Assembly: GCA_043747725.1 (NCBI GenBank)
Contig: JAYTON010000669.1
Span: 1-44,362, forward strand
Length of the DNA: 44,362 nucleotides
Reading direction: 5' to 3'
Source of the DNA: Saprospiraceae bacterium
GTDB taxonomy: Bacteria > Bacteroidota > Bacteroidia > Chitinophagales > Saprospiraceae
The translations under genes and the position numbers were made by a program. Below, in pieces: positions 33,519 through 42,045 of this stretch; positions within the stretch are counted from its first letter, which is position 1, and each line of letters starts with the position of its first letter. The notes under the pieces are model-generated. The model had not been told where the DNA came from. It searched no databases and saw only the letters and a list, made by a program, of their open reading frames with translations.

Positions 33519-34952
33519 ATGGAAAAGATAGTAGGTAGAGAAAAAGAAATTGACACCTTGAAAAACTTATTGACGACCGATGAATCAGAATTTGTTTCAG
33601 TTATCGGGCGGCGGCGAGTTGGAAAAACGTTTTTAATAGAAACTGTTTATGCTGAACTCATGGCGTTCAAGATTACGGGCATTCAAAATGCAACAACGGA
33701 AGAACAATTAGAACATTTTGCAGAGGTTTTGACAACACAAAGCCAATCCTTGTTGCCTATTGAAGTACCCAAATCATGGTTAAGAGCATTTAGTTTATTG
33801 ATTCGGTACTTAGAAACAACCAAAACACCCCATAAAAGAGTGGTGTTTTTTGATGAATTGCCGTGGCTTTCCACACATCGCTCCAAGTTTTTAGATGCTT
33901 TTGGTTATTTCTGGAACAGCTGGGCAGTCAACAATAATATTGTGGTCGTCATTTGTGGTTCTGCGGCTTCGTGGATGATAGAAAAAGTAGTGCATAACAA
34001 AGGCGGACTTTACAATCGAGTAACAAAACGGATTCATCTACGCCCTTTTTCACTACATGAAACAGAATTGTATTTGCAAAAAAAAGGCTTGAATCTGAAT
34101 CGTTACCAAATTACAGAATTGTATATGGCAATAGGTGGGATTCCACATTATTTAAAAGAAATTCAAAAAGGAGAGAGCGTTGCTCAAAATATTGACCGTA
34201 TCTGTTTTGACGCAGACGGTGCTTTATATGATGAATTTGGACAACTGTACCAATCTTTATTTGACCATGCCGAAAACCATGTTGCTATTGTAAGAGCTTT
34301 AGCTTCAAAGCCTTCGGGCATGACCCGAGACGAAATTGTGAAAAACGCAAATGTCTCAAATGGCGGTGGATTGACTAAAACCCTTGATGAATTGATACAT
34401 TCTGGATTTATCACCGAGTATCAACCGTTTGAGCGCATGAAAAGAGAAGCCTTGTTCCGTTTGACAGATGAATATTCACTTTTTTATCTGAAATTTATTG
34501 AAAAAATGAAACAAGAAGGCGCAAACATTTGGCAAAATTTTGAACAAACATCCAATCATCGTGTCTGGAGTGGCTATGCCTTTGAAAGTATTTGTTTGAA
34601 ACATATCGCCCAAATTAAAAAAGTATTAGGTATTACAGGTGTTTTTTCGACGACTTCTACTTTTTATCATAAAGGTGCAGAAGGCATGGCTGGTTGCCAA
34701 ATTGACCTCTTAATTGATAGAAATGATAAGGTTATCAATCTTTGTGAAATCAAATGGGCAAATGGAGAATATGTCATAACAAAAGCTTATGCCAAAGAAT
34801 TGCGTATGAAAATGACTTTGTTCAAACACTATTCACAAACCAAAAAACAAGTATTTTTTACTTTTGTAAGTTCTTACGGTGTGGTAAAAAATGAAAATTG
34901 GGGCATGATTGATAAAGAATTGACTTTAGATGCTTTGTTTTCATTGGCTTGA
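33519..34952 (+). CDS. P-loop ATPase (archaeal-ATPase/DUF234-type) with a C-terminal PD-(D/E)XK-like motif
   Basis: 477 aa. The N-terminus is IVGREKEIDTLKNLL. Strings are Walker A GRRRVGKTF and Walker B VVFFDELPW. The C-terminal QIDLLIDRNDKVINLCEIKW matches a D...ExK core. Confidence 0.75.
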   Translation: MEKIVGREKEIDTLKNLLTTDESEFVSVIGRRRVGKTFLIETVYAELMAFKITGIQNATTEEQLEHFAEVLTTQSQSLLPIEVPKSWLRAFSLLIRYLETTKTPHKRVVFFDELPWLSTHRSKFLDAFGYFWNSWAVNNNIVVVICGSAASWMIEKVVHNKGGLYNRVTKRIHLRPFSLHETELYLQKKGLNLNRYQITELYMAIGGIPHYLKEIQKGESVAQNIDRICFDADGALYDEFGQLYQSLFDHAENHVAIVRALASKPSGMTRDEIVKNANVSNGGGLTKTLDELIHSGFITEYQPFERMKREALFRLTDEYSLFYLKFIEKMKQEGANIWQNFEQTSNHRVWSGYAFESICLKHIAQIKKVLGITGVFSTTSTFYHKGAEGMAGCQIDLLIDRNDKVINLCEIKWANGEYVITKAYAKELRMKMTLFKHYSQTKKQVFFTFVSSYGVVKNENWGMIDKELTLDALFSLA

Positions 34953-34966
34953 TTAAGAAGGCGCAT

Positions 34967-35018
34967 AAAAAAGCCGTTTTTTCATTGAAACAAAAATTTC
35001 AACGAAAAAACGGCTTTT
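34967..35018. terminator. Bidirectional intrinsic terminator between convergent genes
   Basis: AAAAAAGCCGTTTTTTCATTGAAA and TTTCAACGAAAAAACGGCTTTT form a stem of about 22 bp with 1 mismatch, flanked by A and T runs. It lies between the ATPase stop (34952) and the symporter stop (35080). Confidence 0.65.
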
Positions 35019-35064
35019 ATTTACTAACATTACGCAGTTATTAATGCAGCTTTTTAGCTTAAAA

Positions 35065-35075
35065 TACTGAGGGGG
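35065..35075 (+). repeat. Intergenic copy of the 11-mer TACTGAGGGGG
   Basis: Exact match, 5 nt beyond the symporter stop. Confidence 0.95.
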
Positions 35076-35079
35076 TATT

Positions 35080-36780
35080 TTACCAAAAGCGCACATAAAT
35101 AGCCGATAACAGAAGTAAAGTAATCGCAATCAAAGCTGTTGTGCGACCATCTAATTTGAACATAGACGCATCAATTTCAAAGGCATTTTTGTCTTCTTTT
35201 GGACCTAACGAACTCACCAATACCATTGCCAATACTGCAAAACCAAAAGCCAAACCCATACAAATCAAAAATGGAATTTCGTAACTGCCTTTACCATTTG
35301 GAAAGGCTGTATAAAGGAAGGTTTCATTGCCCAATACTGAGGGGGCAGCTTCGTTGAAAAAGACGGATAAAATGAACCCGACCAACAAACCCACGATACC
35401 CGCAGTGCCCGTTGTACGCTTCCAAAAGAAACCCAACATAAACATCGCAAACACACCTGGAGAGATAAAACCCGTATATTTTTGAATAAAATTGAAACCA
35501 CCTTCACCACCAATGCCGAGGCTATCGTCCCAAGTCAATAAAACCGCAAAAATCATGGCTAACACGATTGTAATACGCCCAACACGGACTAACTGCTTTT
35601 CTGTCGCATCTTTTTTGATGTAATCTTTGTAAAGGTCGAGGGTGAAAATAGTGGAAATTGAATTCGCTTTTCCTGCCAAACTCGCCACAATTGCCGCCGT
35701 CAATGCCGCCAAAGCCAACCCTTTCAAACCATTGGGCAAAAAAGCGAGAATGGACGAATACGCATTGTCGGAATTGAATTGACCGCCTGCCGTCATACCT
35801 GCTTGCAACTCGCCGTTTTGGTAAAGCACATACGCCGCAATACCTGGCAACATAACGATAATAGGCATCATCAATTTCAAAAGACCTGCGAATAAAATAC
35901 CTGTTCTTGCCGTTTTCAAATCTGCTCCCAAAGCCCGTTGTGTGATGTATTGGTTGCAACCCCAATAGTTGAGATTGACAATCCATTGACCCGCAAAATA
36001 CATCGCAATGCCTGGCAACATCAAGTATTTGTTGATATACGCTTGACTTGCATTGGCATCAGGTTTTGCTAAAATCATGTGAAAATGGTCGTCCGCTTTT
36101 AGGACGAGTTGATTAAAACCCGCCATAACATCTTTGCCCATACCGAATTTTTCACTCACCATTGTTAAAGCCATATACGTTGTTGCCAAGCCGCCAACAA
36201 TAAGCACTAACACTTGAATGACATCGGTATAACCAATGACTTTCATACCACCCAAAGTGATAATGAGGGCAAAAAAGGCTAAAAGCACCAAAATAACATG
36301 AAAATAACCGCCCCCTACTAAATTATCAATCGCCAAAGCCCCCAAGTAGAGGATTGACGTGAGGTTGACCAAGACATAAAGGAAAAGCCAAAAAATAGCC
36401 ATCGTCAAACTGACCGTCGAATTGTATCGTGTTTTCAAAAACTGAGGCATCGTAAAAATGCGGTTTTTGAGATAAATGGGCATAAAAAAGACGGCTATGA
36501 TAATCAAGGCAATCGCCGCAATCCATTCATAAGCCGCTACCGCAATACCGACTGAAAAACCATTGCCCGACATACCGATAAATTGCTCGGCTGAAATATT
36601 GGAAGCAATGAGGGAAGCCCCAATTGCCCACCAAGTCAATGAACCTTCTGCTAAAAAATAATCTTTTGTGTCGGCTGCCTCTTTTCGTTTTTGGTTATAA
36701 ATCCAAAAGCCATAAGAAGCAACAATGACAAAATAAATGGCGAAAACCGCCCAATCTGCAAAATTAAGACCTGTTTGCAT
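35080..36780 (-). CDS. Sodium:solute symporter (SSF/SGLT family), probable sugar transporter of the ara operon
   Basis: 566 aa with many hydrophobic spans. The SSF string DYFLAEGSLTWWAIGASLIASNISAEQFIGMSG is present. It is the last gene after araA-araB-araD on the same strand. Confidence 0.85.
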   Translation of the reverse strand: MQTGLNFADWAVFAIYFVIVASYGFWIYNQKRKEAADTKDYFLAEGSLTWWAIGASLIASNISAEQFIGMSGNGFSVGIAVAAYEWIAAIALIIIAVFFMPIYLKNRIFTMPQFLKTRYNSTVSLTMAIFWLFLYVLVNLTSILYLGALAIDNLVGGGYFHVILVLLAFFALIITLGGMKVIGYTDVIQVLVLIVGGLATTYMALTMVSEKFGMGKDVMAGFNQLVLKADDHFHMILAKPDANASQAYINKYLMLPGIAMYFAGQWIVNLNYWGCNQYITQRALGADLKTARTGILFAGLLKLMMPIIVMLPGIAAYVLYQNGELQAGMTAGGQFNSDNAYSSILAFLPNGLKGLALAALTAAIVASLAGKANSISTIFTLDLYKDYIKKDATEKQLVRVGRITIVLAMIFAVLLTWDDSLGIGGEGGFNFIQKYTGFISPGVFAMFMLGFFWKRTTGTAGIVGLLVGFILSVFFNEAAPSVLGNETFLYTAFPNGKGSYEIPFLICMGLAFGFAVLAMVLVSSLGPKEDKNAFEIDASMFKLDGRTTALIAITLLLLSAIYVRFW

Positions 36781-36813
36781 GGATATTTTTCGTTTTTAAA
36801 AAATTATGATAAA

Positions 36814-37515
36814 TTAGATTTCTTGCCCATAATAAGCCCCTTCACCATGTTTTCGGAAGTAATGCTTATCTTTTAATGTCTGTTTTATCTCTGATACTGA
36901 GGGGTTAAGTTGGCGGGTTAAATACGCCATTTTAGCCAATTCTTCTAAAACGGAGGCATTATACACTGCTTTTGCGGCTGTTTTACCCCAAGTGAAAGGT
37001 CCATGACAGGCAACCAAAACCATTTCGACTTCATCGGGTGAAAGGTTTTGTTTTTTGAACATATCCAAAATTTGATTGCCTGTTTCATGTTCATAATCGC
37101 CTTGTATCATGGCATCAGTCATAACATCTGTAACGGGTACAGAGGGAATAAGATGGTCGGCATGGGTTGTTCCTAAATTGGGAATGGGCATTAAGGCTTG
37201 CGCCCACGCCACCGCATAAGTAGAATGGGTGTGACAAATGCCGCCAATATTGTCAAATTTTTGATACAGTAAAATATGGGTTTTGGTATCAGAAGACGGG
37301 CGCATTTTGCCGTCAATGACCTTGCCTTCTATATCCAAAATGACAATATCTTTTACCTTTAAATCCGAATACGGAACGCCACTTGGTTTGATACCTACTA
37401 TGCCCTCTTTGCGGTCAATAGCGGAGACATTACCAAAGGTATAAATCGCCAATTTTTGTTTAGGTATCTCCATATTGGCTTCGTAAACTTGCTCTCTTAG
37501 ACTTTTATATTTCAT
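36814..37515 (-). CDS. araD: L-ribulose-5-phosphate 4-epimerase
   Basis: 233 aa. Strings are FGNVSAIDR and ICHTHSTYA (class II aldolase/epimerase fold). The C-terminus is KHGEGAYYGQ. It is adjacent to araB and araA. Confidence 0.9.
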   Translation of the reverse strand: MKYKSLREQVYEANMEIPKQKLAIYTFGNVSAIDRKEGIVGIKPSGVPYSDLKVKDIVILDIEGKVIDGKMRPSSDTKTHILLYQKFDNIGGICHTHSTYAVAWAQALMPIPNLGTTHADHLIPSVPVTDVMTDAMIQGDYEHETGNQILDMFKKQNLSPDEVEMVLVACHGPFTWGKTAAKAVYNASVLEELAKMAYLTRQLNPSVSEIKQTLKDKHYFRKHGEGAYYGQEI

Positions 37516-37521
37516 CGAATT

Positions 37522-39153
37522 TTATTTCATTTTTTCTGTAAAATCACCCATTTTCACATACTTTTCATACAATTTTTGATAAATATCTGCCTTATTTTCA
37601 TTCGGCAAATACTCGGCATCAAAACCCGAAGACATGGCTTTTTGGGCATCTTCCAGCGTTTTATAAACACCTGCTGCCGTTGCTGCACACATCGCCGCCC
37701 CCAAAGCACAGGCTTGCTCAGATTTGACCACTTTAATCGGCATTTGCAGCACATCTGCGAGAATTTGCATCACAAAAGGCGATTTTTTAGCCACACCACC
37801 AATCGCCACGACTTTTTCTATTTTAACCCCTTCGCTCCGAAAACGGTCAACAATTGCCTTTGAACCAAATGCCGTAGCTTCTACCAATGCCTTGAAAATA
37901 GCGGGGGCATCATGGCTCAAATCCAAGCCCGAAATCAAACCTTTTAAAGTATGGTTGGCATCGGGCGTGCGTCTGCCATTGAACCAATCGAGTGCCACAG
38001 GGTCGTTGATACTGAGGGGTAGGGTAGCGGCTCGTTCAGCGAGTTTGGGAATGATATTTTCCGCCATCTTTTCCGCTTGTTTTTCAGTCATAAAGGTTTT
38101 TAAAGGAAAACTCAACAGCCTTTGAAACCACGCATAAACATCACCATAAGCCGATTGCCCCGCTTCCATGCCCAACATATTCGGGATAATAGAGCCATCT
38201 ACTTGCCCACAAATGCCTTTTATCAATAAATGTCCCACTTCTTCATTCGGTGCTATGAGCATATCGCAAGTAGAAGTTCCCATCACGCGCACGAAAGTAT
38301 AAGGCTCGATGTACGCTCCGACTGCGCCCATGTGGGCATCAAAAGCCCCTACGCCAATCGTGACATTTTCAGAAAGCCCTAATTTTTTAGCCCATTTTTT
38401 AGAAAGCGTACCCATATCCCTATCAGAAGTATAGGTATCTCTAAACAAACGGCTTCTTAAACCTTTTAAAACAGGGTCTAATTGAGTTAAAAAATCCTCT
38501 GAGGGCAAGCCTTCAAATGCTTCATGCCACATCGCTTTATGTCCTGCGGCACAACGAGAGCGTTTTATACTGAGGGGGTCGGTATTGCCCGTCAATTCAG
38601 CCGAAACCCAATCGCAATGCTCAACCCACGAAAAAGCGGCTTTTTCTACTTGTTTATCTACCCTTAAAGTGCGGAGTATTTTAGCCCAAAACCATTCAGA
38701 ACTGTATATGCCGCCGACATATTTTGTAAAATCGGTGTCCCATCTATGCGCCAATTGGTTGATTTCCTCCGCTTCTTTGTTGGCAGTATGGTCTTTCCAA
38801 AGGATAAACATACCGTTGGGATTGTCCGCAAATTCGGGCAACATACTGAGGGGGGTGCCGTTTTTATCCACCGCACAAGGCGTAGAACCTGTGGTGTCAA
38901 CAGAAATACCCACAACGTTTTTTGCGATGTCTTTCCCTGCTTTTTTCAAAGCCTGTTTGATGACTACCTCCAATCCTTCAAGATAATCCAAAGGGTGTTG
39001 GCGGTATTGCGATTGTGCAGGGTCGCAATACAAGCCTTTTTTCCAACGGGGGTAGTAAAAAACGTGGGTAGCGACTTCTTCACCGTTTAGGGCATTGACT
39101 ATTAAGGCACGGACGCTGTCTGTTCCGTAATCAAGACCTATGACATATTTCAT
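37522..39153 (-). CDS. araB: Ribulokinase (FGGY family)
   Basis: 543 aa. The N-terminus is YVIGLDYGTDSVRAL. FGGY-type C-terminal strings are present (AIGGVAKKS, ACALGAAM). It lies between araA and araD. Confidence 0.9.
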   Translation of the reverse strand: MKYVIGLDYGTDSVRALIVNALNGEEVATHVFYYPRWKKGLYCDPAQSQYRQHPLDYLEGLEVVIKQALKKAGKDIAKNVVGISVDTTGSTPCAVDKNGTPLSMLPEFADNPNGMFILWKDHTANKEAEEINQLAHRWDTDFTKYVGGIYSSEWFWAKILRTLRVDKQVEKAAFSWVEHCDWVSAELTGNTDPLSIKRSRCAAGHKAMWHEAFEGLPSEDFLTQLDPVLKGLRSRLFRDTYTSDRDMGTLSKKWAKKLGLSENVTIGVGAFDAHMGAVGAYIEPYTFVRVMGTSTCDMLIAPNEEVGHLLIKGICGQVDGSIIPNMLGMEAGQSAYGDVYAWFQRLLSFPLKTFMTEKQAEKMAENIIPKLAERAATLPLSINDPVALDWFNGRRTPDANHTLKGLISGLDLSHDAPAIFKALVEATAFGSKAIVDRFRSEGVKIEKVVAIGGVAKKSPFVMQILADVLQMPIKVVKSEQACALGAAMCAATAAGVYKTLEDAQKAMSSGFDAEYLPNENKADIYQKLYEKYVKMGDFTEKMK

Positions 39154-39164
39154 AATAATTTTTC

Positions 39165-40658
39165 TTATTTTTTATAAACCAATTCATTCCATCTTAACTC
39201 ATTTTTAAATTGCCGCAAATCTGTCTTCGCATCAATCACCACCATTTCAACACCCATCATCGCCGCAAAATCTTCCCAATACTCGGTTGTTAAGTTTTGA
39301 GAATAAACGGTATGGTGTGCGCCCCCTGCATAAATCCACGCGGCACAACCTGTGTTCATGTCGGGTAAAGGCTTCCAAAAGGCTCTCGCAACGGGTAGTT
39401 TGGGCATTGGGGCGGGCGCTTCAACGGCTTCTACTTCATGCACAATCAGACGAAAACGATTGCCCATATCTACAAGCGTCACATTTAAAGCGGGACCACT
39501 GGCGGCATTGAAAACGAGGCGAACAGGGTCAGCTTTGCCACCTATGCCCAATGGATGTATCTCGCAACTCGGTTTAGCATTGGCGATACTGGGGCAAATT
39601 TCGAGCATGTGTGCGCCCAAAACGAGTGGATTATTGGGGTCAAAATGGTAGGTATAATCTTCCATAAATGAGTTGCCCCCTGCCATGCCACTTGCCATTA
39701 CTTTGGCAGCCCGCACAAGGGCAGCCGTTTTCCAATCGCCTTCACCACCGAAACCATAACCCGCCGCCATCAAGCGTTGAGACGCAATACCGGGCAATTG
39801 TGCCAAGCCATGTAAATCTTCAAAAGTATCGGTATAGCCTTTGAAATTACCTTGCTCCAAAAAGGTTTTTATGCCCAATTCTATTTTAGCGGCTTCTCGC
39901 AAAGAAGCGTATTGGCTGCCATTTTTACTTAATGAATCTTGTAAAACATAACTTTCTGCGTATTCAGCGACTAAATCATCAATGTCTTTTTCAGAAACAG
40001 CATCAACTATTTTAACCAAATCGCCTACGCCATGCGTATTCACAGAATAGCCAAATTGCATTTCCGCTTCTACTTTATCGCCTTCGGTCACAGCCACTTG
40101 GCGCATATTATCGCCAAAACGGACGAATTTGCCGCCTTGCCAATCAAAACGGGCGGCAGCAACGCGTGTCCAAACATTTATACGCGCCAATACTGAGGGG
40201 TCTTGCCAATGACCAACTACAACCTTTCTTTCCATACGCAAGCGAGACATCATATAGCCATATTCTCTATCGCCATGTGCCGATTGGTTGAGGTTCATAA
40301 AATCCATATCAATTTCAGAGAAAGGAATATCTCGATTGAATTGGGTATGCAAATGACAAATCGGTTTTTGCAAGGCTTGAAGCCCCCGAATCCACATTTT
40401 AGCGGGTGAAAAAGTGTGCATCCACGTAATAATCCCGATACAATTGGTATCCCCATTGGCGGCTTGACAGACTTTATAAATCTCATCGGGTGTGGTGACA
40501 ACGGCTTTAAAATTGATGCGAACCGCTATTTTATCCGATTTATCAAAAGCCTTAGCAATGGTTTTGGCGTGGTCGGCAACGGTTTTTAATACCTCATCGC
40601 CGTAAAGATGTTGGCTGCCTGTAACAAACCAAACTTCTAAATTTGAAAGATTAATCAT
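39165..40658 (-). CDS. araA: L-arabinose isomerase
   Basis: 497 aa. The N-terminus [14 protein letters not shown] and the overall length are typical of AraA. Confidence 0.92.
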   Translation of the reverse strand: MINLSNLEVWFVTGSQHLYGDEVLKTVADHAKTIAKAFDKSDKIAVRINFKAVVTTPDEIYKVCQAANGDTNCIGIITWMHTFSPAKMWIRGLQALQKPICHLHTQFNRDIPFSEIDMDFMNLNQSAHGDREYGYMMSRLRMERKVVVGHWQDPSVLARINVWTRVAAARFDWQGGKFVRFGDNMRQVAVTEGDKVEAEMQFGYSVNTHGVGDLVKIVDAVSEKDIDDLVAEYAESYVLQDSLSKNGSQYASLREAAKIELGIKTFLEQGNFKGYTDTFEDLHGLAQLPGIASQRLMAAGYGFGGEGDWKTAALVRAAKVMASGMAGGNSFMEDYTYHFDPNNPLVLGAHMLEICPSIANAKPSCEIHPLGIGGKADPVRLVFNAASGPALNVTLVDMGNRFRLIVHEVEAVEAPAPMPKLPVARAFWKPLPDMNTGCAAWIYAGGAHHTVYSQNLTTEYWEDFAAMMGVEMVVIDAKTDLRQFKNELRWNELVYKK

Positions 40659-40677
40659 AAGAAAAGAATTTTGAGTG

Positions 40678-40685
40678 CAAATTTA
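40678..40685 (-). promoter_or_regulatory. Bacteroidota -7 promoter box (TAnnTTTG) for araA
   Basis: The reverse strand reads TAAATTTG about 20 nt upstream of ATG 40658, inside the 38-nt gap after the Fic stop. Confidence 0.4.
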
Positions 40686-40696
40686 TAGTTCAAAGA

Positions 40697-41812
40697 TTAC
40701 AAAGCCTTGTCAAAGTCCGTCAAAACATAGTGTGTGCTGCGTCCGCCAAAATCTTCCTTACGCAATATGTTTTTATCCATCAAATCTTGAATATCCCGCA
40801 ACGCTGTATCCGATGAACATTTTGCTATTTTAGCCCATTTGGAGGTATTAAGTTTGCCTTCAAATGGACCTAATAATTTATTGAGCATCAGAATTTGACG
40901 CTCATTCAAAATTGTTTTGGCGTGTTTTTCCCAAAATTTGGCTTTGAATAAAACTTTTTCGAGCGTGGTTTCAGCCGTTGTCAAGGCTACCATTAGGCAA
41001 TCTAAAAACCACATCAGCCATGCACTAATGTCTGGCGTGCCTTTTTGCGTTTTTTCTAAAATCGCATAATAACCACTGCGCTGCGCTTGAATTTGAGCCG
41101 ACATACTGTAAAAACGTTGCGAACTATCCTCCGCTCGAGCCAATTGCATATCTGTAATCGCCCGTGCAATTCTTCCATTGCCATCATCAAAAGGGTGAAT
41201 TGTGATAAACCATAGATGGGCAATTGCGGCTTTTAAAACAGGGTCAAGCTCTTGTTCAGCATTAACCCATGCTGTAAAATGGGGCATTTCCGTTGGCAAT
41301 CGCCCCGCATCAGGTGCTTCAAAATGCACCCGTTCTTTACCCATACCGCCCGAAACTACTTGCATTGCGCCCGTTTCGTCTGTGCGCCATTGAGCGACTT
41401 TTATTTTGTACATACCACTCCGACCTGTCGGAAACAAGGCTGCGTGCCAATCAAATAACCTATCAATTGTCAATGGATTTTGATGATTTTGCGTTGCATC
41501 AAGCATCATTTGAACCACCCCATCAACGTGCCTATCTGATGGTACAAGCCCCGCAATGTCCATTCCCAAATGCCGTGCAATAGACGAGCGAACTTGTTCT
41601 GGCTGTAAAAATTCGCCTTCTATTTCGGTGGATTTCAAAACATCTAAAGTCAATGTTTCTAAAACAGCTTCTTGTTTCAAGTCAAAGCCAAGCATCTGCA
41701 TTTTGCCCATGAGTTTGCCTTGCTGGTTGCTTACAGCCGCTAATTTTGGGAACAATACATTTTTGTCGAATGTAAAATTTGTCCAGTCTTGAAGTTGATG
41801 AATGTAGCGCAT
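40697..41812 (-). CDS. Fic-family protein (AMPylase-type) with a C-terminal winged-helix-like region
   Basis: ORF 40697..41872. I moved the start to Met 41812 (MRYIHQLQDW...), because the 20 upstream codons are encoded by a perfect inverted repeat. The Fic core motif is HPFDDGNGRIARA. Confidence 0.85.
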   Translation of the reverse strand: MRYIHQLQDWTNFTFDKNVLFPKLAAVSNQQGKLMGKMQMLGFDLKQEAVLETLTLDVLKSTEIEGEFLQPEQVRSSIARHLGMDIAGLVPSDRHVDGVVQMMLDATQNHQNPLTIDRLFDWHAALFPTGRSGMYKIKVAQWRTDETGAMQVVSGGMGKERVHFEAPDAGRLPTEMPHFTAWVNAEQELDPVLKAAIAHLWFITIHPFDDGNGRIARAITDMQLARAEDSSQRFYSMSAQIQAQRSGYYAILEKTQKGTPDISAWLMWFLDCLMVALTTAETTLEKVLFKAKFWEKHAKTILNERQILMLNKLLGPFEGKLNTSKWAKIAKCSSDTALRDIQDLMDKNILRKEDFGGRSTHYVLTDFDKAL

Positions 41813-41843
41813 CTTTATTTTATTTGGGGTAAAAATACAAAAT

Positions 41844-41904
41844 GCGGCGAATAAACGTATTATTCGCCGCATAATTTGCGGCGAATAATACGTTTATTCG
41901 CCGC
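41844..41904. promoter_or_regulatory. Perfect 27-bp inverted repeat (7-nt spacer) upstream of the Fic gene, operator candidate
   Basis: GCGGCGAATAAACGTATTATTCGCCGC (41844-41870) is exactly complementary to 41878-41904. Each arm is also self-complementary at its ends (GCGGCGAATA/TATTCGCCGC). Confidence 0.5.
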
Positions 41905-41989
41905 AAACCTTAAAAATACCCCATCAGTATTTCTTCAAGCTTTGATTTACGGGTAAAATCTTAGGAAAATCTAAGATTATAATTACATT

Positions 41990-42026
41990 AAAAAAGCCTT
42001 TAAACGCAATATCTCAAGGCTTTTTT
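41990..42026 (-). terminator. Intrinsic terminator after the PUL lipoprotein gene
   Basis: AAAAAAGCCTT...AAGGCTTTTTT forms an 11-bp stem with a 15-nt loop, 20 nt downstream of the stop at 42046. Confidence 0.55.
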
Positions 42027-42034
42027 ATAAAAAA

Positions 42035-42045
42035 TACTGAGGGGG
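42035..42045 (+). repeat. Intergenic copy of the 11-mer TACTGAGGGGG
   Basis: Exact match, abutting the lipoprotein stop codon, between the stop and the terminator. Confidence 0.95.

Noticed and set aside
400-42045. The 11-mer as a conserved peptide motif (TEG/PLS).
   Set aside because: The same DNA word occurs in spacers and in three different reading frames, on both coding orientations, in unrelated protein families.
400-42045. The 11-mer as a Chi/KOPS-like polar signal.
   Set aside because: Orientation is 15:15 on the two strands and 9:10 relative to gene sense in this window. However, the last eight copies (32187-42035) all share one orientation, so whole-replicon analysis is still needed.
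8374-42045. Spacer copies of the 11-mer as ordinary rho-independent terminators or REP hairpins.
   Set aside because: Ten of the eleven spacer copies have no inverted partner and no stem potential. Several lie upstream of gene starts (29034, 33082, 10052).
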